A stretch of DNA of 64,000 nt from Candidatus Latescibacterota bacterium (GCA_965232265.1 CBDDPH010000002.1:1595660-1659659), one strand, 5' to 3'; counted from the first letter of the stretch, positions 54,242-64,000 are shown. The notes: generated by a model not told the origin, from the sequence alone. Made by a program: numbers and translations.

Positions 54242-54911
54242 CTTTTTGTCCCATTTTCTTTTTTAGCGCACTGAGTTCGTCTTCCACTGTGCTTTTGCGC
54301 TCGAGTTTGGAAAATTCTTCTTCCAGCGAGGGATCGGCATTCGCCATTTCTTGATGGGCTTCGGCTTCGGCTTCTTCGGTTTCGATGCGCTGACGGAATC
54401 GTTCAAAGCTCGAAAAAGCGTCTTCCCCGACTCCCGAGAGGCCCCTGGCGATTTGCTTGCGGGCTTCGGCTGCACGACGGCGGGCAATCAGGGTGCCCTG
54501 GCGGGTGCGGGCTTCGTCGAGTTTGGCTTTGAGTTGGGTGAGTTGTTGTTTGAGCTGGGATGAGGTTTTATGGCTTTCTTCGAGGGCTATTTCAAGGTCG
54601 TGCGTGGCTTCCTGATTTGCCGCTTTGCGCTCGAGGGCGCGGCGGGCAAGGTCGTCTTCGCCGGCTTCAACGGCTAATTCGGCTTTTTTTTGCCATGCTT
54701 CAATCTGATCTTGTTTTTCGAGATATTGTCTTTCTAGGCGTTTTTCATTCGCTACAGCCGTGCCGACCGAGGCAGTGGCTTTGTTGACGGCTTCTTCCAT
54801 TTCCAGAATCATCTGGCGGATCATTTTTTCCGGGTCTTCTGCACGGGTGATCAGGTCGTTGACGTTGGCTTTGACGATGTCGGCCATTCTGTAAAAAATT
54901 CCGCGTGCCAT
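54234..54911 (-). CDS. pspA: Phage shock protein A (PspA/IM30 family)
   Basis: GIFYRMADIVKANVNDLITRAEDPEKMIRQMILEMEE N-terminus and a continuous coiled coil. 225 aa. Confidence 0.9.
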   Translation of the reverse strand: MARGIFYRMADIVKANVNDLITRAEDPEKMIRQMILEMEEAVNKATASVGTAVANEKRLERQYLEKQDQIEAWQKKAELAVEAGEDDLARRALERKAANQEATHDLEIALEESHKTSSQLKQQLTQLKAKLDEARTRQGTLIARRRAAEARKQIARGLSGVGEDAFSSFERFRQRIETEEAEAEAHQEMANADPSLEEEFSKLERKSTVEDELSALKKKMGQKDA

Positions 54912-54979
54912 GATCTTTTCCTTTCACAGGGTGCTGCATTTATAGGGATTCTGATGTTTTGTTGTCGCACTCTTGTTAT

Positions 54980-54994
54980 GCAAAGTCTATGCCA
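54980..54994 (-). promoter_or_regulatory. Sigma54 (-24/-12) promoter upstream of pspA
   Basis: The minus strand reads TGGCAT-AGACT-TTGCA. The GG and GC dinucleotides have exact consensus spacing (TGGCAC-N5-TTGCW). The -12 element is ~70 nt upstream of the pspA ATG. Confidence 0.65.
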
Positions 54995-55227
54995 TGAGTG
55001 CGATATGATATTAAATGTTGTTTTTTTATATACATAGATATTTTGTGAAATAGGATGGGTCGATAAAGTTGGCGAAACTTGCCATGTGTTCTGGCGAAAG
55101 AGACCAAATTTACCATTTTTACAGAGTCATATCTTGTCTTTTTTTTCTAAAAGGTCTATTATCTATCGGTCTGTCGCAAGTTGGTCTCAAATGTCATCAT
55201 TTTTTCACTCTATATGCTGAGTTTTTT

Positions 55228-56712
55228 ATGCTTCGATATATCCGAGTGTCTTTATTGGCCTGCTTCCTTTTGTCGTGTGCGGCACATGCGCCTGCTTTAA
55301 CAGAGACTTATGTGGTGCAAAGGGGAGATTCTCTGTGGGAAATTGCCGATCAGTTTTCCATGAGTGTGGCGGAACTCAAGCGGAGCAATGGGTTGAGATC
55401 GCACCACATTTATCCCGGCCAAAGACTGCTTGTTCGCTCCCAATCGCGCCCCAATCGCGCCCCTTCTGTTCGCGGGGTAGAATACGTGGTGAGAAGGGGA
55501 GATTCGCTTTCTAAAATTGCCAATCGGTTTTCCATGAGTGTGGCCGAACTGAAGCGGATCAATAAGTTGAGATCGAATAATATTTATCCGGGACAAAAGC
55601 TGCGCACGCGCGCTGATGTAGCGCAACCGTCTCGTACTGTGCAACAGCCTCGCACCCGGCCATCTTTTGACGCCGTAGAAATGGACTATGTGGTGAGAAG
55701 GGGGGATTCGCTTTCTAAGATCGCCGCACGGTTTTCCATAAATGTGACTGAACTCAAGCGGAATAATGGCATCAGATCGGATCGCATTTATGTGGGACAA
55801 AGGTTAAAGATACGGACTCGGTTGACAAAAATCACAATGGATAATGGTCCGTATTATTTTTCTCGTCCCAAAGCCGCTGTGCAACGCAGTCGGGGATATC
55901 GGGAAGTCCCCCCCAAAAAGCCGATTGAAGATTATAGGAGTGCCCGAAATTTGATGGGTGTGTTCAATGCAAGTATTAATTCTGATATGCGCCGAGAAAG
56001 CAGATCTCAGCCGTTAAAAGGCTGGCGCATTGTGCTTGATCCGGGGCACGGGGGGCGCGATCCGGGTGCGATTGTTTCCAATTTAGATGGCAATAATCGT
56101 TCGGTTTATGTGGTTGAAGACGAATTTGTTTACGATATTGCGTTGCGTTTGTACCAAAAACTGAGGGTTGCCGGTGCCGAGGTGGAGATGACGGTGATTA
56201 GTCCAAATCATCTCATTCGGGAAAATAATCCGCCAGCGAGGACTTTTGTACACGAGCAAAACGAGATCTATAATGATGAAAATGTCAACAGAAGAAATAG
56301 TTTTTCAGTGCGTCCGGGGCTTCACAATATTACACAACGGGTGAAAATAGCCAACCGTTTCTTTGCTGGGCGCGGGAAGACTCTGTTTATATCGCTGCAT
56401 GCAGACAATACGCCCAGTCGCCCAAAGGGCCCGCTGGTTATTTATTGGGGCAGGCGCGGAAAGATCGATTCGCGGTCGCGGTCATTTGCGCGTGTTATGG
56501 AAAGGGCTCTCGATCTGCCAGATGTACAGGCACAAATTGGGGGGCGCAATCTGGCGGTGTTGCGAGGCAATTCGGCGCAGGCAGAAATTCTGGTGGAGAT
56601 ACGCAATGTACACCATAAGGGCGAGGCCTGGGCGTTGCGGTCTCACAAGATACGCGACTCCGATGCGAATCGAATTTTTCGCGGGATATTAAATTACGCG
56701 AAGAGGTATTAG
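55228..56712 (+). CDS. N-acetylmuramoyl-L-alanine amidase (Amidase_3/AmiC-like) with three N-terminal LysM domains
   Basis: Signal peptide [21 protein letters not shown]. Three copies of Y.V.RGDSL..IA..F.......K.N.....IY.GQ.L. Catalytic region [12 protein letters not shown] ... SLHADN. Confidence 0.85.
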   Translation: MLRYIRVSLLACFLLSCAAHAPALTETYVVQRGDSLWEIADQFSMSVAELKRSNGLRSHHIYPGQRLLVRSQSRPNRAPSVRGVEYVVRRGDSLSKIANRFSMSVAELKRINKLRSNNIYPGQKLRTRADVAQPSRTVQQPRTRPSFDAVEMDYVVRRGDSLSKIAARFSINVTELKRNNGIRSDRIYVGQRLKIRTRLTKITMDNGPYYFSRPKAAVQRSRGYREVPPKKPIEDYRSARNLMGVFNASINSDMRRESRSQPLKGWRIVLDPGHGGRDPGAIVSNLDGNNRSVYVVEDEFVYDIALRLYQKLRVAGAEVEMTVISPNHLIRENNPPARTFVHEQNEIYNDENVNRRNSFSVRPGLHNITQRVKIANRFFAGRGKTLFISLHADNTPSRPKGPLVIYWGRRGKIDSRSRSFARVMERALDLPDVQAQIGGRNLAVLRGNSAQAEILVEIRNVHHKGEAWALRSHKIRDSDANRIFRGILNYAKRY

Positions 56713-56713
56713 G

Positions 56714-58903
56714 CTATTGCGGACAAAATCGCTTTAGGCGCAGAGCATTGGTGACAACGGAGACAGAAGAGAGGGCCATAGCGGCGGCAGCGAGCATGGG
56801 ACCGCCCAGGGGATTGAGCAGGCCCAGGGCAGCAACGGGAATGAGAAGGGTATTGTAGGCAAATGCCCAGAAGAGATTTTGGCGAATGACGCGCATGGTT
56901 TGCCGCGAGAGCCGAATAGATGTGGCTATGACCGACAGGTTGCCCGACATGAGGATCATGCCCGCGCTTTCTATGGCAATGTCTGTGCCCGAACTCAGGG
57001 CGATGCCGACATTGGCCTGGGCGAGTGCAGGGGCGTCGTTGATGCCATCGCCAACCATGCCCACGGTTATATTTTTGCTCTGGAGTTGCGCGATTTTACG
57101 CGCTTTGTCTTGGGGCATGACTTCGGCAAAGACCTGATCGATGTTGAGCTGTTGCCCAATGGCTTTGGCTGTGCGCTCATTGTCGCCTGTCACGAGGGAG
57201 ACTTCAAGGTTCAGGTGCTGGAGGTCCTGAACGGCTTGCGCGGCGTCGGCTTTCAGGTTGTCTGAAATGGCGATGAGGCCCGCGGGCTGATCATTGATGG
57301 TGACGAATACGGCGGTTTTGCCCTCGGCTTCGAGTTTTTCGGCTGAATATTTTGCGCGATCAGATATGGCGCGTGGGTTGCCGAGCGCGACGCGCTGTCC
57401 GTCAATTGTAGCGGCGACGCCAACGCCGGGCCTGGCTTCAAAATCTGTGGTTGGATGCAGGGAGAGGTCGGCTTCTTGTGCGGCGTGAACAATGGCTTCG
57501 CCGAGGGGGTGTTCCGATCCTTTTTCTGCAGAGGCTGCAAGTTTGAGTATGTGATCACGGTGGTAATTTTCTGCGGGGATAATATCTGTGACAGTGGGTT
57601 TGCCCTCTGTTAGCGTGCCTGTTTTGTCCAGGACAATGGCATTGAGGCGGTGTGCATTTTCGAGCACATCGCCTCCTTTTATGAGGATGCCGAGTTGCGC
57701 GCCCCGTCCTGTGCCGACCGCGATGGCAGTGGGTGTGGCCAATCCCATTGCACAAGGGCATGCGATGATGAGGACGACCACGGCATTGATGAGGGCGATT
57801 TCGATCCCAGAGCCAGAAATCCACCACAGGGCGCAGGTCAGCAGGGCAATGGCGAATATGATCGGGACAAAGATGCAGGCGACGTGGTCGGCGAGGTGTT
57901 GTATAGGTGCTTTAGATCCCTGTGCCTGGCGCACGAGGTTGATGATTTGAGACAAGACGGTATCGGCACCGATCTGTGTTGCCTGGAAGATAAAACTGCC
58001 GGTTGTGTTGCGTGTGCCGCCTGTAACTTTGTCGCCTGTGTGTTTGTCAACGGGTAGGGATTCGCCCGTGAGCATGGATTCGTCAATTGCGGATTGTCCA
58101 TTTTGTATGAGGCCATCCACGGGGATGTTTTCACCGGGCCGAACGCGAATGCGATCGCCGACCTGGATGTGTTCAACGGGCGTTTCAACATCCCGGCCGT
58201 CGCGGACGACGCGGGCGGTTTTGGGGCGCAGGTCGAGGAGTTTTCGGATGGCGGATGATGTTTGGCCTCTGGCGCGTGTTTCGAGCAGGCGACCGAGCAG
58301 GACGAGCGTGATGATCATGGCAGAGGTGTCGAAGTAGGTCTGGATATTCTGTATGCCGAGTGGGGCAAAGGTTACCGCGGTGCTGTAAAAGTAAGCGGCG
58401 AGGGTTCCCGCAGCTATCAGGCTGTTCATGTCGGCTGTGCGATGGCGCAGTGCAGCCCATGCCCCTTTGAGAAAACGCCAGCCACAGAAGAATTGTACCG
58501 GTGTGGCCAATGCAAAGAGCAATATGTGAATGTGGTGAGGGGGTATGTTCGCGGCCCACAAAGTGCGGGTCATGCCGGTTGCCATGATGAGTGCAGAGAG
58601 GAGTGCGGCGACTGTGAATAGAGAACGCAACTTGCGATATTCGATTGTGCGTTCGATCTGCTCGACGTCTTCGGAAATGTGAGAAGCGGCTTTGTAACCC
58701 GCATTGGAGACGGCATTTACGAGTGTGTCTATCGGGACATCATTGTGATGTACTGTCGCCTGATGGGTGGCAAAGTTGACCTGGGCCTCTGCGACGCCGG
58801 GGACGGTTTGGAGTGCATCTTCAACCCGCGCCACACAGGCTGCACAACTCATGCCTTCGACGGAGAGGGTCAGGGTTTGCATAGGGTGTTCGGTTTTTGT
58901 CAT
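56714..58903 (-). CDS. copA: Copper-translocating P1B-type ATPase
   Basis: [12 protein letters not shown] metal-binding domain, CPC motif ([13 protein letters not shown]), [15 protein letters not shown]. Start at 58903 (or 58882) avoids overlap with the upstream gene. Confidence 0.9.
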   Translation of the reverse strand: MTKTEHPMQTLTLSVEGMSCAACVARVEDALQTVPGVAEAQVNFATHQATVHHNDVPIDTLVNAVSNAGYKAASHISEDVEQIERTIEYRKLRSLFTVAALLSALIMATGMTRTLWAANIPPHHIHILLFALATPVQFFCGWRFLKGAWAALRHRTADMNSLIAAGTLAAYFYSTAVTFAPLGIQNIQTYFDTSAMIITLVLLGRLLETRARGQTSSAIRKLLDLRPKTARVVRDGRDVETPVEHIQVGDRIRVRPGENIPVDGLIQNGQSAIDESMLTGESLPVDKHTGDKVTGGTRNTTGSFIFQATQIGADTVLSQIINLVRQAQGSKAPIQHLADHVACIFVPIIFAIALLTCALWWISGSGIEIALINAVVVLIIACPCAMGLATPTAIAVGTGRGAQLGILIKGGDVLENAHRLNAIVLDKTGTLTEGKPTVTDIIPAENYHRDHILKLAASAEKGSEHPLGEAIVHAAQEADLSLHPTTDFEARPGVGVAATIDGQRVALGNPRAISDRAKYSAEKLEAEGKTAVFVTINDQPAGLIAISDNLKADAAQAVQDLQHLNLEVSLVTGDNERTAKAIGQQLNIDQVFAEVMPQDKARKIAQLQSKNITVGMVGDGINDAPALAQANVGIALSSGTDIAIESAGMILMSGNLSVIATSIRLSRQTMRVIRQNLFWAFAYNTLLIPVAALGLLNPLGGPMLAAAAMALSSVSVVTNALRLKRFCPQ

Positions 58904-58917
58904 GGCCGTTGTGAAAG

Positions 58918-60036
58918 CTATTTGAGGTTTTCGGGATTTAGACCTTTGAGGTCCTCTACGACAAAATGCCCGTCTTTGCGAATGCACTCGTCGTCAAAGT
59001 AGATTTCTCCACCGCCGTATTCGGGGGTTTGGATAAATACCATATCCCAGTGTACGGCGGAGCGGTTGCCGTTGTCGGCGTCATCGGGATAGGCATTTCC
59101 GGGTGTAAAGTGGAATGATCCCGATATTTTTTCGTCGAAGAGGATATCGAGCATCGGCGATGTGATATAGGGGTTGAATGCGATGGCAAATTCGCCAATA
59201 TAACGCGCGCCTGCATCGGTGTCGAGGATGTCGTTGAGTTTGGCGGTATTGTTCGAGGTCGCGTGGATGATTTTGCCAGCTTGAAAGGTCAGTTTGATAT
59301 CTGAAAATGTCGTGCCGCGATAGATGGTGGGAACGTTGAAATGGATGTGACCGTTTACGGAGTCTTTAACCGGTGCGGTGAAACACTCGCCATCAGGGAT
59401 GTTGCGAAGTCCCGTACACGGTCTGACGGGTATGTCTTTGATGCTAAAGGATAGATCGGTATCGGTTCCTGTGATGCGCACGCGGTCAGTTTGTTCCATG
59501 CGTTTTTTGAGAGGGGCGACCGCTTCGGCCATTTTGCCATAGTCGAGCGTGCAGACGTCAAAATAAAAATTTTCAAATGCTTCGGTACTTTGTTGCGCCT
59601 GTTGCGCCATAGAAGGCGTGGGCCATCGCAAGACCACCCATTTGGTATGCGGCACGCGGATGGCAAAATGCACGGGTTTGAGCCAGTGTTTTTCGTAGAT
59701 ATCCATCGCGGTGCTGGATACGTCTGATAATTCTGAGATGTTGCGGCTTCCGCGCAGACCGATATAGGCCTGTACGCGCTTCATTCGGTAGGCTTCACAA
59801 TCACCTGCTTGTTGCATGGTGGCGATATCGCCTGCGTGGATGAGTTCGCGTTGGATGCGGTTGTTTTTAATGGATACCAGAGGAATACCGCCCACTTCGC
59901 GCACTTTGCGAATGAGTGCGATGATCATGTCTTCGGGCATGTCGTAGCCCTGGATGAGGACGGTTTCGCCCGCTTGTAATTTTGTGGAATGGCGAATCAG
60001 GACATCGGCGAGTTTTTCAAGGCGGGGGTCTTGCAT
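58918..60036 (-). CDS. Aminopeptidase, M29 (AmpS/PepS) family
   Basis: [31 protein letters not shown]-terminus and the C-terminal HFTPGNAY...VHWDMV metal-site pattern. Confidence 0.75.
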   Translation of the reverse strand: MQDPRLEKLADVLIRHSTKLQAGETVLIQGYDMPEDMIIALIRKVREVGGIPLVSIKNNRIQRELIHAGDIATMQQAGDCEAYRMKRVQAYIGLRGSRNISELSDVSSTAMDIYEKHWLKPVHFAIRVPHTKWVVLRWPTPSMAQQAQQSTEAFENFYFDVCTLDYGKMAEAVAPLKKRMEQTDRVRITGTDTDLSFSIKDIPVRPCTGLRNIPDGECFTAPVKDSVNGHIHFNVPTIYRGTTFSDIKLTFQAGKIIHATSNNTAKLNDILDTDAGARYIGEFAIAFNPYITSPMLDILFDEKISGSFHFTPGNAYPDDADNGNRSAVHWDMVFIQTPEYGGGEIYFDDECIRKDGHFVVEDLKGLNPENLK

Positions 60037-60263
60037 GAGGTCTCCTGGGATGATTGCGGTTGCTGTTGATATAAAAATAAAATAATATATGCTATGTTAG
60101 CAACCCCCATTATTAAAATACTTTGGACAGTTTTGAAATCGGGCGCACAAGTGTCGCCCTTTTATCGCTTGGCACAAAAAGCACAGAATAGGTGCATAAA
60201 ATCCTACTATTTTTGTGATTTTTGTGCCTTCTGTGGCTAAAAAAAATAAAACAGGTATCTCTT

Positions 60264-61028
60264 ATGAAATTTAGACCGTGTATTGATTTGAAAGATGGCC
60301 GGGTTGTTCAAATCGTGGGGGGCACGTTGCGCGATGGGGATGCCCAGCACACGGTGACAAATTTTGAGACCGAGTGCTCTCCTGCGGATTATGCCCGGCT
60401 GTATCGCGAGGATGGATTTTGGGGCGGTCATGTGATTGCGCTTGGGCCGGGCAATGAAGCGGCGGCATTGGAGGCTCTAGAGGCATTTCCCGGGGGCCTG
60501 CACATGGGCGGGGGTATCACGCCGCACAATGCGGAAAAATTCTTGCGCGCGGGTGCAAGCCATGTGATTGTGACGTCTTATGTTTTCCGCGATGGGCAAA
60601 TTGATATGATGCGATTGGATGAGATGATACGGGCTGTGGGTAGGGAGCGTTTGGTTCTGGATTTGAGTTGTCGAAAGCGCGGTGAAAATTATGTTGTTGT
60701 AACGGATCGCTGGCAAAAATTTACGGATGTGACTGTCGGCGAGGAGACTTTGAGTATGTTGGCCGGCTATTGTGCTGAGTTTTTGGTACACGGGGTTGAT
60801 GTAGAGGGCAAACGAGCAGGTGTAGAAGAACCTCTGGTGGAAATATTGGGCAGATGGTCACCCGTGCCGGTGACTTATGCAGGTGGCGTGCGCGAGCTAT
60901 CGGATTTGCACCGCGTCAATGTGCTGGGCCAGGGGCGGGTAGATCTGACGATTGGCAGTGCGCTGGATATTTTTGGGGGCGATGTGGCGTATCGAGATGT
61001 TGTGGCGTGGGCGTGGGGGGAAAAGTGA
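60264..61028 (+). CDS. Eukaryotic-type HisA (ProFAR isomerase, His6-like)
   Basis: MKFRPCIDLKDGRVVQIVGGTL..., VHGVDVEGKRAGV, TYAGGV match the His6/TIGR hisA_euk pattern. Confidence 0.75.
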   Translation: MKFRPCIDLKDGRVVQIVGGTLRDGDAQHTVTNFETECSPADYARLYREDGFWGGHVIALGPGNEAAALEALEAFPGGLHMGGGITPHNAEKFLRAGASHVIVTSYVFRDGQIDMMRLDEMIRAVGRERLVLDLSCRKRGENYVVVTDRWQKFTDVTVGEETLSMLAGYCAEFLVHGVDVEGKRAGVEEPLVEILGRWSPVPVTYAGGVRELSDLHRVNVLGQGRVDLTIGSALDIFGGDVAYRDVVAWAWGEK

Positions 61029-61029
61029 G

Positions 61030-62034
61030 ATGGATCGGTTTAAGGATATCGGAGAGTTCGGTTTTATTGATCGCATTGCCGCGCACGCACAGCGCAATCG
61101 GGTTTTGTGTGGGATTGGGGATGATTGCGCGGTTATGGCTAATGGGCAGGAGCGCGTGCGATTGGTGACGGTTGATGCGATGGTTGAAGGCGTACACTTT
61201 GTGCCGCAGGCACCGCCAGAAGGTGTGGGATACAAATTACTGGCTGCGAGTTTGTCCGATGTGGCCGCTATGGGCGGGAAACCAACAGATGCTGTTGTGG
61301 CGGTTAGCGCGTCAGGTGATTGTGATGCGGGTTATGTGGAGCGTATTTACAACGGGCTTTTTGCCTGTGCAGATCGGTTTGGTGTGGCTGTTGTGGGTGG
61401 CGATACAACGCGTACGCCTGATGCGCTGGTTTTGAGTTTGACGCTTACGGGTGAGATGGCGCGAGATCAGGTGTGTTATCGGTCCGGAGCGCAAGTGGGG
61501 GATGCGGTCTATGTATCGGGCACATTGGGCGATGCTGTGGGTGGTTTGGGGGTGGTGTTGGGGAATGTCGATCTGCCAGGTGAGGTGCGAACCGCGTTGT
61601 TACAAAGGCATTATCGGCCCGAGCCGCGGTTGGATTTGGGACGGGCATTGGCGGAGACAGGTGCGGTGACAGCGATGATCGATGTATCGGATGGCTTGGC
61701 TTCGGATTTGAACCATGTTTGCCAGCAAAGTGGCGTGTCGGCTGTGATTCGGGCAGCGACGATTCCCATGTCGCGGGCGTTTATAAAATTCTGTGAAGTC
61801 AGTGGTGAAGAAAAATTGGGTCTTGCGCTCACTGGGGGGGAAGATTTTGAGTTGCTATTTTCTGTGTCTCACACACAGGTCGATAAGGTCGAAGCACTGG
61901 CAGAGCAGTATTCTATTTGTCGCATTGGCGAGGTTGTGGCTGGCGATGGCCGAGTGATGATAGAAGATAGGGATGGCAAGCGTGTGCTATTGGAACAGTT
62001 GGGATATGATCATTTTGTGAAGTGTGAAGTATGA
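61030..62034 (+). CDS. thiL: Thiamine-monophosphate kinase
   Basis: GEFGFIDRIAA..., GIGDDCAVM, AASLSDVAAMGG, VVGGDTTR, GGEDFELLF. ATG is 1 nt after the hisA-like stop. Confidence 0.9.
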   Translation: MDRFKDIGEFGFIDRIAAHAQRNRVLCGIGDDCAVMANGQERVRLVTVDAMVEGVHFVPQAPPEGVGYKLLAASLSDVAAMGGKPTDAVVAVSASGDCDAGYVERIYNGLFACADRFGVAVVGGDTTRTPDALVLSLTLTGEMARDQVCYRSGAQVGDAVYVSGTLGDAVGGLGVVLGNVDLPGEVRTALLQRHYRPEPRLDLGRALAETGAVTAMIDVSDGLASDLNHVCQQSGVSAVIRAATIPMSRAFIKFCEVSGEEKLGLALTGGEDFELLFSVSHTQVDKVEALAEQYSICRIGEVVAGDGRVMIEDRDGKRVLLEQLGYDHFVKCEV

Positions 62035-62058
62035 AGTGTGAAGTGTGAAATATGATGA
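62017..62058. repeat. Heptamer tandem array (GTGAAGT)x6 with variants, overlapping the thiL stop
   Basis: gtgaagt gtgaagt atgaagt gtgaagt gtgaaat atgatga, read directly. Confidence 0.95.
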
Positions 62059-62087
62059 AGCACCAGCCTTTGGGCGGTGTTGGGTGG

Positions 62088-62157
62088 ACTTCTTACTTCT
62101 TACTTCTTACTTCTTACTTCTTACTTCTTACTTCTTACTTCTTACTTCTTACTTCTC
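62088..62157. repeat. Heptamer tandem array (ACTTCTT)x10, overlapping the arfB stop
   Basis: Ten consecutive units read directly. The last arfB codons (AGA AGT AAG AAG TAA) are made of the repeat. Confidence 0.95.
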
Positions 62158-62492
62158 GTGACCACGCGTTGTCGCTGGCGTTTTTTTTCTGCACGCTGGC
62201 GTTTTTTTTTGAGGCGTTTTTCGATTGAAGATCGGTTGGGGCGGGTTTTGATGCGCGGTTTGCGCTTTTTGTTGCGCTCGTTCAGGCGGTTTTGCAAACG
62301 CTCGAGGGCGAGTTGTTTGTTGCGGTACTGTGAGCGGTGTTCTGTGGCAATGACTGTTATACCCGTGGGTATGTGGGTCGCGCGCACGGCGGTTTCAACT
62401 TTGTTGCGATGTTGACCGCCGGGGCCAGACCCGCGCATGGTTTGAAATTGCACATCCTTCAAGAGCGCGTTGTTGTCGGTGTTTTTAGACAT
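62142..62492 (-). CDS. arfB: Alternative ribosome-rescue factor ArfB-like peptidyl-tRNA hydrolase (GGQ domain + basic tail)
   Basis: GSGPGGQHRNKVETAVRATHIPTGI GGQ motif. Lys/Arg-rich C-terminal tail. 116 aa. Confidence 0.8.
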   Translation of the reverse strand: MSKNTDNNALLKDVQFQTMRGSGPGGQHRNKVETAVRATHIPTGITVIATEHRSQYRNKQLALERLQNRLNERNKKRKPRIKTRPNRSSIEKRLKKKRQRAEKKRQRQRVVTRSKK

Positions 62493-62503
62493 TTTTAGAT
62501 TAT

Positions 62504-62576
62504 AAAAAAATAAGCGGTCAGTTTTTGACGATCACCCAACGAGACGTGATGGCACAAAACTGACCGCTTATTTTTA
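62504..62576. terminator. Bidirectional terminator-like long hairpin
   Basis: ATAAGCGGTCAGTTTT ... AAAACTGACCGCTTAT (16-bp stem, ~31-nt loop), flanked by A7 upstream and T5 downstream. Confidence 0.6.
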
Positions 62577-62581
62577 ATAGC

Positions 62582-63859
62582 TCAGGCCAGTCCTGCACGG
62601 CGAAGGGCGTCGGCCATGGCATTGTCGCTTTGAGACTGTTGCGTTTGCTTGGATTTGAATGCGGCCATGTCCTCAATTTCGGCCGTTTGTCTGTCTTGTT
62701 CTTCAACGGCGCGCATCGAGAGTGAGATGCGTTTTTTCTTCGAATCGATTTCGCGTATCAGGGCTTTGACTTCTTGACCACTCGAAACGACTTCGCTGGG
62801 GTTTGAGATGCGTTTTCTCGAAACGAACTGCGAGATGTGGATCAGCCCCTCAATACCGGGTTCAATTTCGACAAAGGCACCGAAATTCTGGATTGAAACG
62901 ACTTTGCCGGTGATGATGCTGCCGGATTGGTAGCGCTCTGCTACCGTATCCCAGGGGTCTTTTTCCAGTGCTTTGATGGAGAGCGATATACGCTCATTTT
63001 TTTTGCCCAGATTCTTGAGGCCGATTATTTTCACGCGTACTTCTTCGCCTTTTTTCATGACACTGCGCGGATTTGCTACGCGGGTGTGGCTGATTTCCGA
63101 GACGTGTACCAGGCCTTCGACGCCTCCGAGGTCAACAAAAGAGCCGAAGCGTTCTATGCGTGTGATGGTTCCCGTTCTTTCTTCACCTTCCGAGAGTTGC
63201 TGGCGCATCTCATCGGCTTTTTTGCGATTTTCTTCTTCCAGATAAGCGCGGCGTGAAACGACGACATTGTTGCGTCCCCGCAGTTCAACAATTTTAAAGT
63301 TGTGGGTTTGACCCGCATACGAAGCCGGGTCGTCGCAATATCCCGTGTCGATTTGCGACATGGGGCAAAATGCGCGAAGGCCGCCGATATTCACCACGAG
63401 GCCTCCGGTGTTGAAGCCGGTGACTTTGCCGGCAATGGGCATGTTGTTTTGATGTGCTTGACGCAGGAGTTGACGGCTGGAAACGCGCAACGAAAATGCG
63501 AGGCGTATTTCGCCATCGGTGCTGGCGACAAAGGCTTCGATGGTATCGCCAGTCTTGTATTTCAACTCGCCCGATTCGTCGCGCAGTTCCTGAATGTCTA
63601 TTGACCCTTCACTGCGCCCGCCAAAGTCGATAAAAGCTGTAGAATCACCGATTTCGCGGAGGGTTCCGGTGACTTTATCGCCAGTAGAGACTTCGCGATA
63701 AGTCTGCTTGTCGCTTTCTTCGAGCAATGTGGCAAATTCGGTATTGGGTGTGTCTTCAGCGTATTTTTTGTCGAGTTCTTCGGCAGTGGGCGCGTCGTCT
63801 GAAGGCGTTGGGGCCGGTGCATCGCCAGCCGTTTCGCGTGTTTTGTCAGGGGTGCTCAT
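62582..63859 (-). CDS. rpsA: 30S ribosomal protein S1 (four S1 domains, short form)
   Basis: Four repeats of the S1 OB-fold pattern (G..V.G.V..I...GAFV.I..G.EGL.H.S). Confidence 0.85.
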   Translation of the reverse strand: MSTPDKTRETAGDAPAPTPSDDAPTAEELDKKYAEDTPNTEFATLLEESDKQTYREVSTGDKVTGTLREIGDSTAFIDFGGRSEGSIDIQELRDESGELKYKTGDTIEAFVASTDGEIRLAFSLRVSSRQLLRQAHQNNMPIAGKVTGFNTGGLVVNIGGLRAFCPMSQIDTGYCDDPASYAGQTHNFKIVELRGRNNVVVSRRAYLEEENRKKADEMRQQLSEGEERTGTITRIERFGSFVDLGGVEGLVHVSEISHTRVANPRSVMKKGEEVRVKIIGLKNLGKKNERISLSIKALEKDPWDTVAERYQSGSIITGKVVSIQNFGAFVEIEPGIEGLIHISQFVSRKRISNPSEVVSSGQEVKALIREIDSKKKRISLSMRAVEEQDRQTAEIEDMAAFKSKQTQQSQSDNAMADALRRAGLA

Positions 63860-64000
63860 AGTTTGTGACCTGTGGAATCGTTTTTAAGGGACGGAAGGGT
63901 TAAATAGACTGAAGAATTTATAAGTATCCCAAAAATAAGCAACCTAATTTTTTCTTCTCAAGTAGGCGTTTAAGTTCATCCCGACCTTGTGCCTGATAAA

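Noticed and set aside
55066-55080. Second sigma54-like site TGGCGAAACTTGCC on the plus strand before the amidase gene
   Set aside because: The GG-to-GC spacing is 10 rather than 12 nt, which is incompatible with the -24/-12 geometry. A similar problem applies to TGGCACAAAAAGCAC at ~60172.
60037-61029. TPP riboswitch upstream of thiL
   Set aside because: The spacer lacks the conserved CUGAGA and ACCUGAUCUGG-type elements. In addition, thiL directly follows the hisA-like gene without a leader.

Overview
A 64 kb bacterial chromosomal window of about 52% GC, densely coding, with AGGAG-type ribosome binding sites (RBS). No rRNA, canonical tRNA, CRISPR array, transposase or integrase is visible. 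Content is a mix of four kinds. (1) Housekeeping genes: class A PBP, murG, thiI, thiL, a eukaryotic-type hisA-like gene, arfB, rpsA, a CopA-type ATPase and inositol-3-phosphate synthase. (2) Many accessory catabolic genes: amidohydrolase, two xylose-isomerase-like TIM barrels, an enolase-superfamily enzyme, a Cys-type sulfatase, an HpcH aldolase, two PhyH dioxygenases, formamidase, creatininase and DUF362. (3) Three small toxin-antitoxin-like modules. (4) A long same-strand envelope-stress cluster: PspA, three PspB-like genes, an ECF sigma factor, NfeD/flotillin, a TPR histidine kinase, a sigma54 activator and a membrane PP2C, headed by a good sigma54 promoter. Several signals are not explained by ordinary gene calls. 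The most unusual is three tandem tRNA-like units (29514-29829, minus strand) with acceptor, D, T and extra arms supported by compensatory changes but no 7-nt anticodon loop. Others are short repeats that bound cassette-like genes (RDD gene, PIN/UPF0175 pair) and a decayed gene 3' fragment next to a nucleotidyltransferase two-gene module. There are also heptanucleotide tandem arrays in intergenic spacers and 5' leaders, and a dispersed CGCAGATGAA/GAGCGGTGTACA repeat family. A 26-bp tandem duplication frameshifts the formamidase 3' end. One large ORF fuses a metzincin domain, seven WD40 blades and a dockerin. The gene content (sulfatase, PhyH, WD40/TPR repeat proteins) is typical of uncultivated marine or symbiont lineages, but taxonomy cannot be established from this window. 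All coordinates and identities come from manual reading; no database searches were run.
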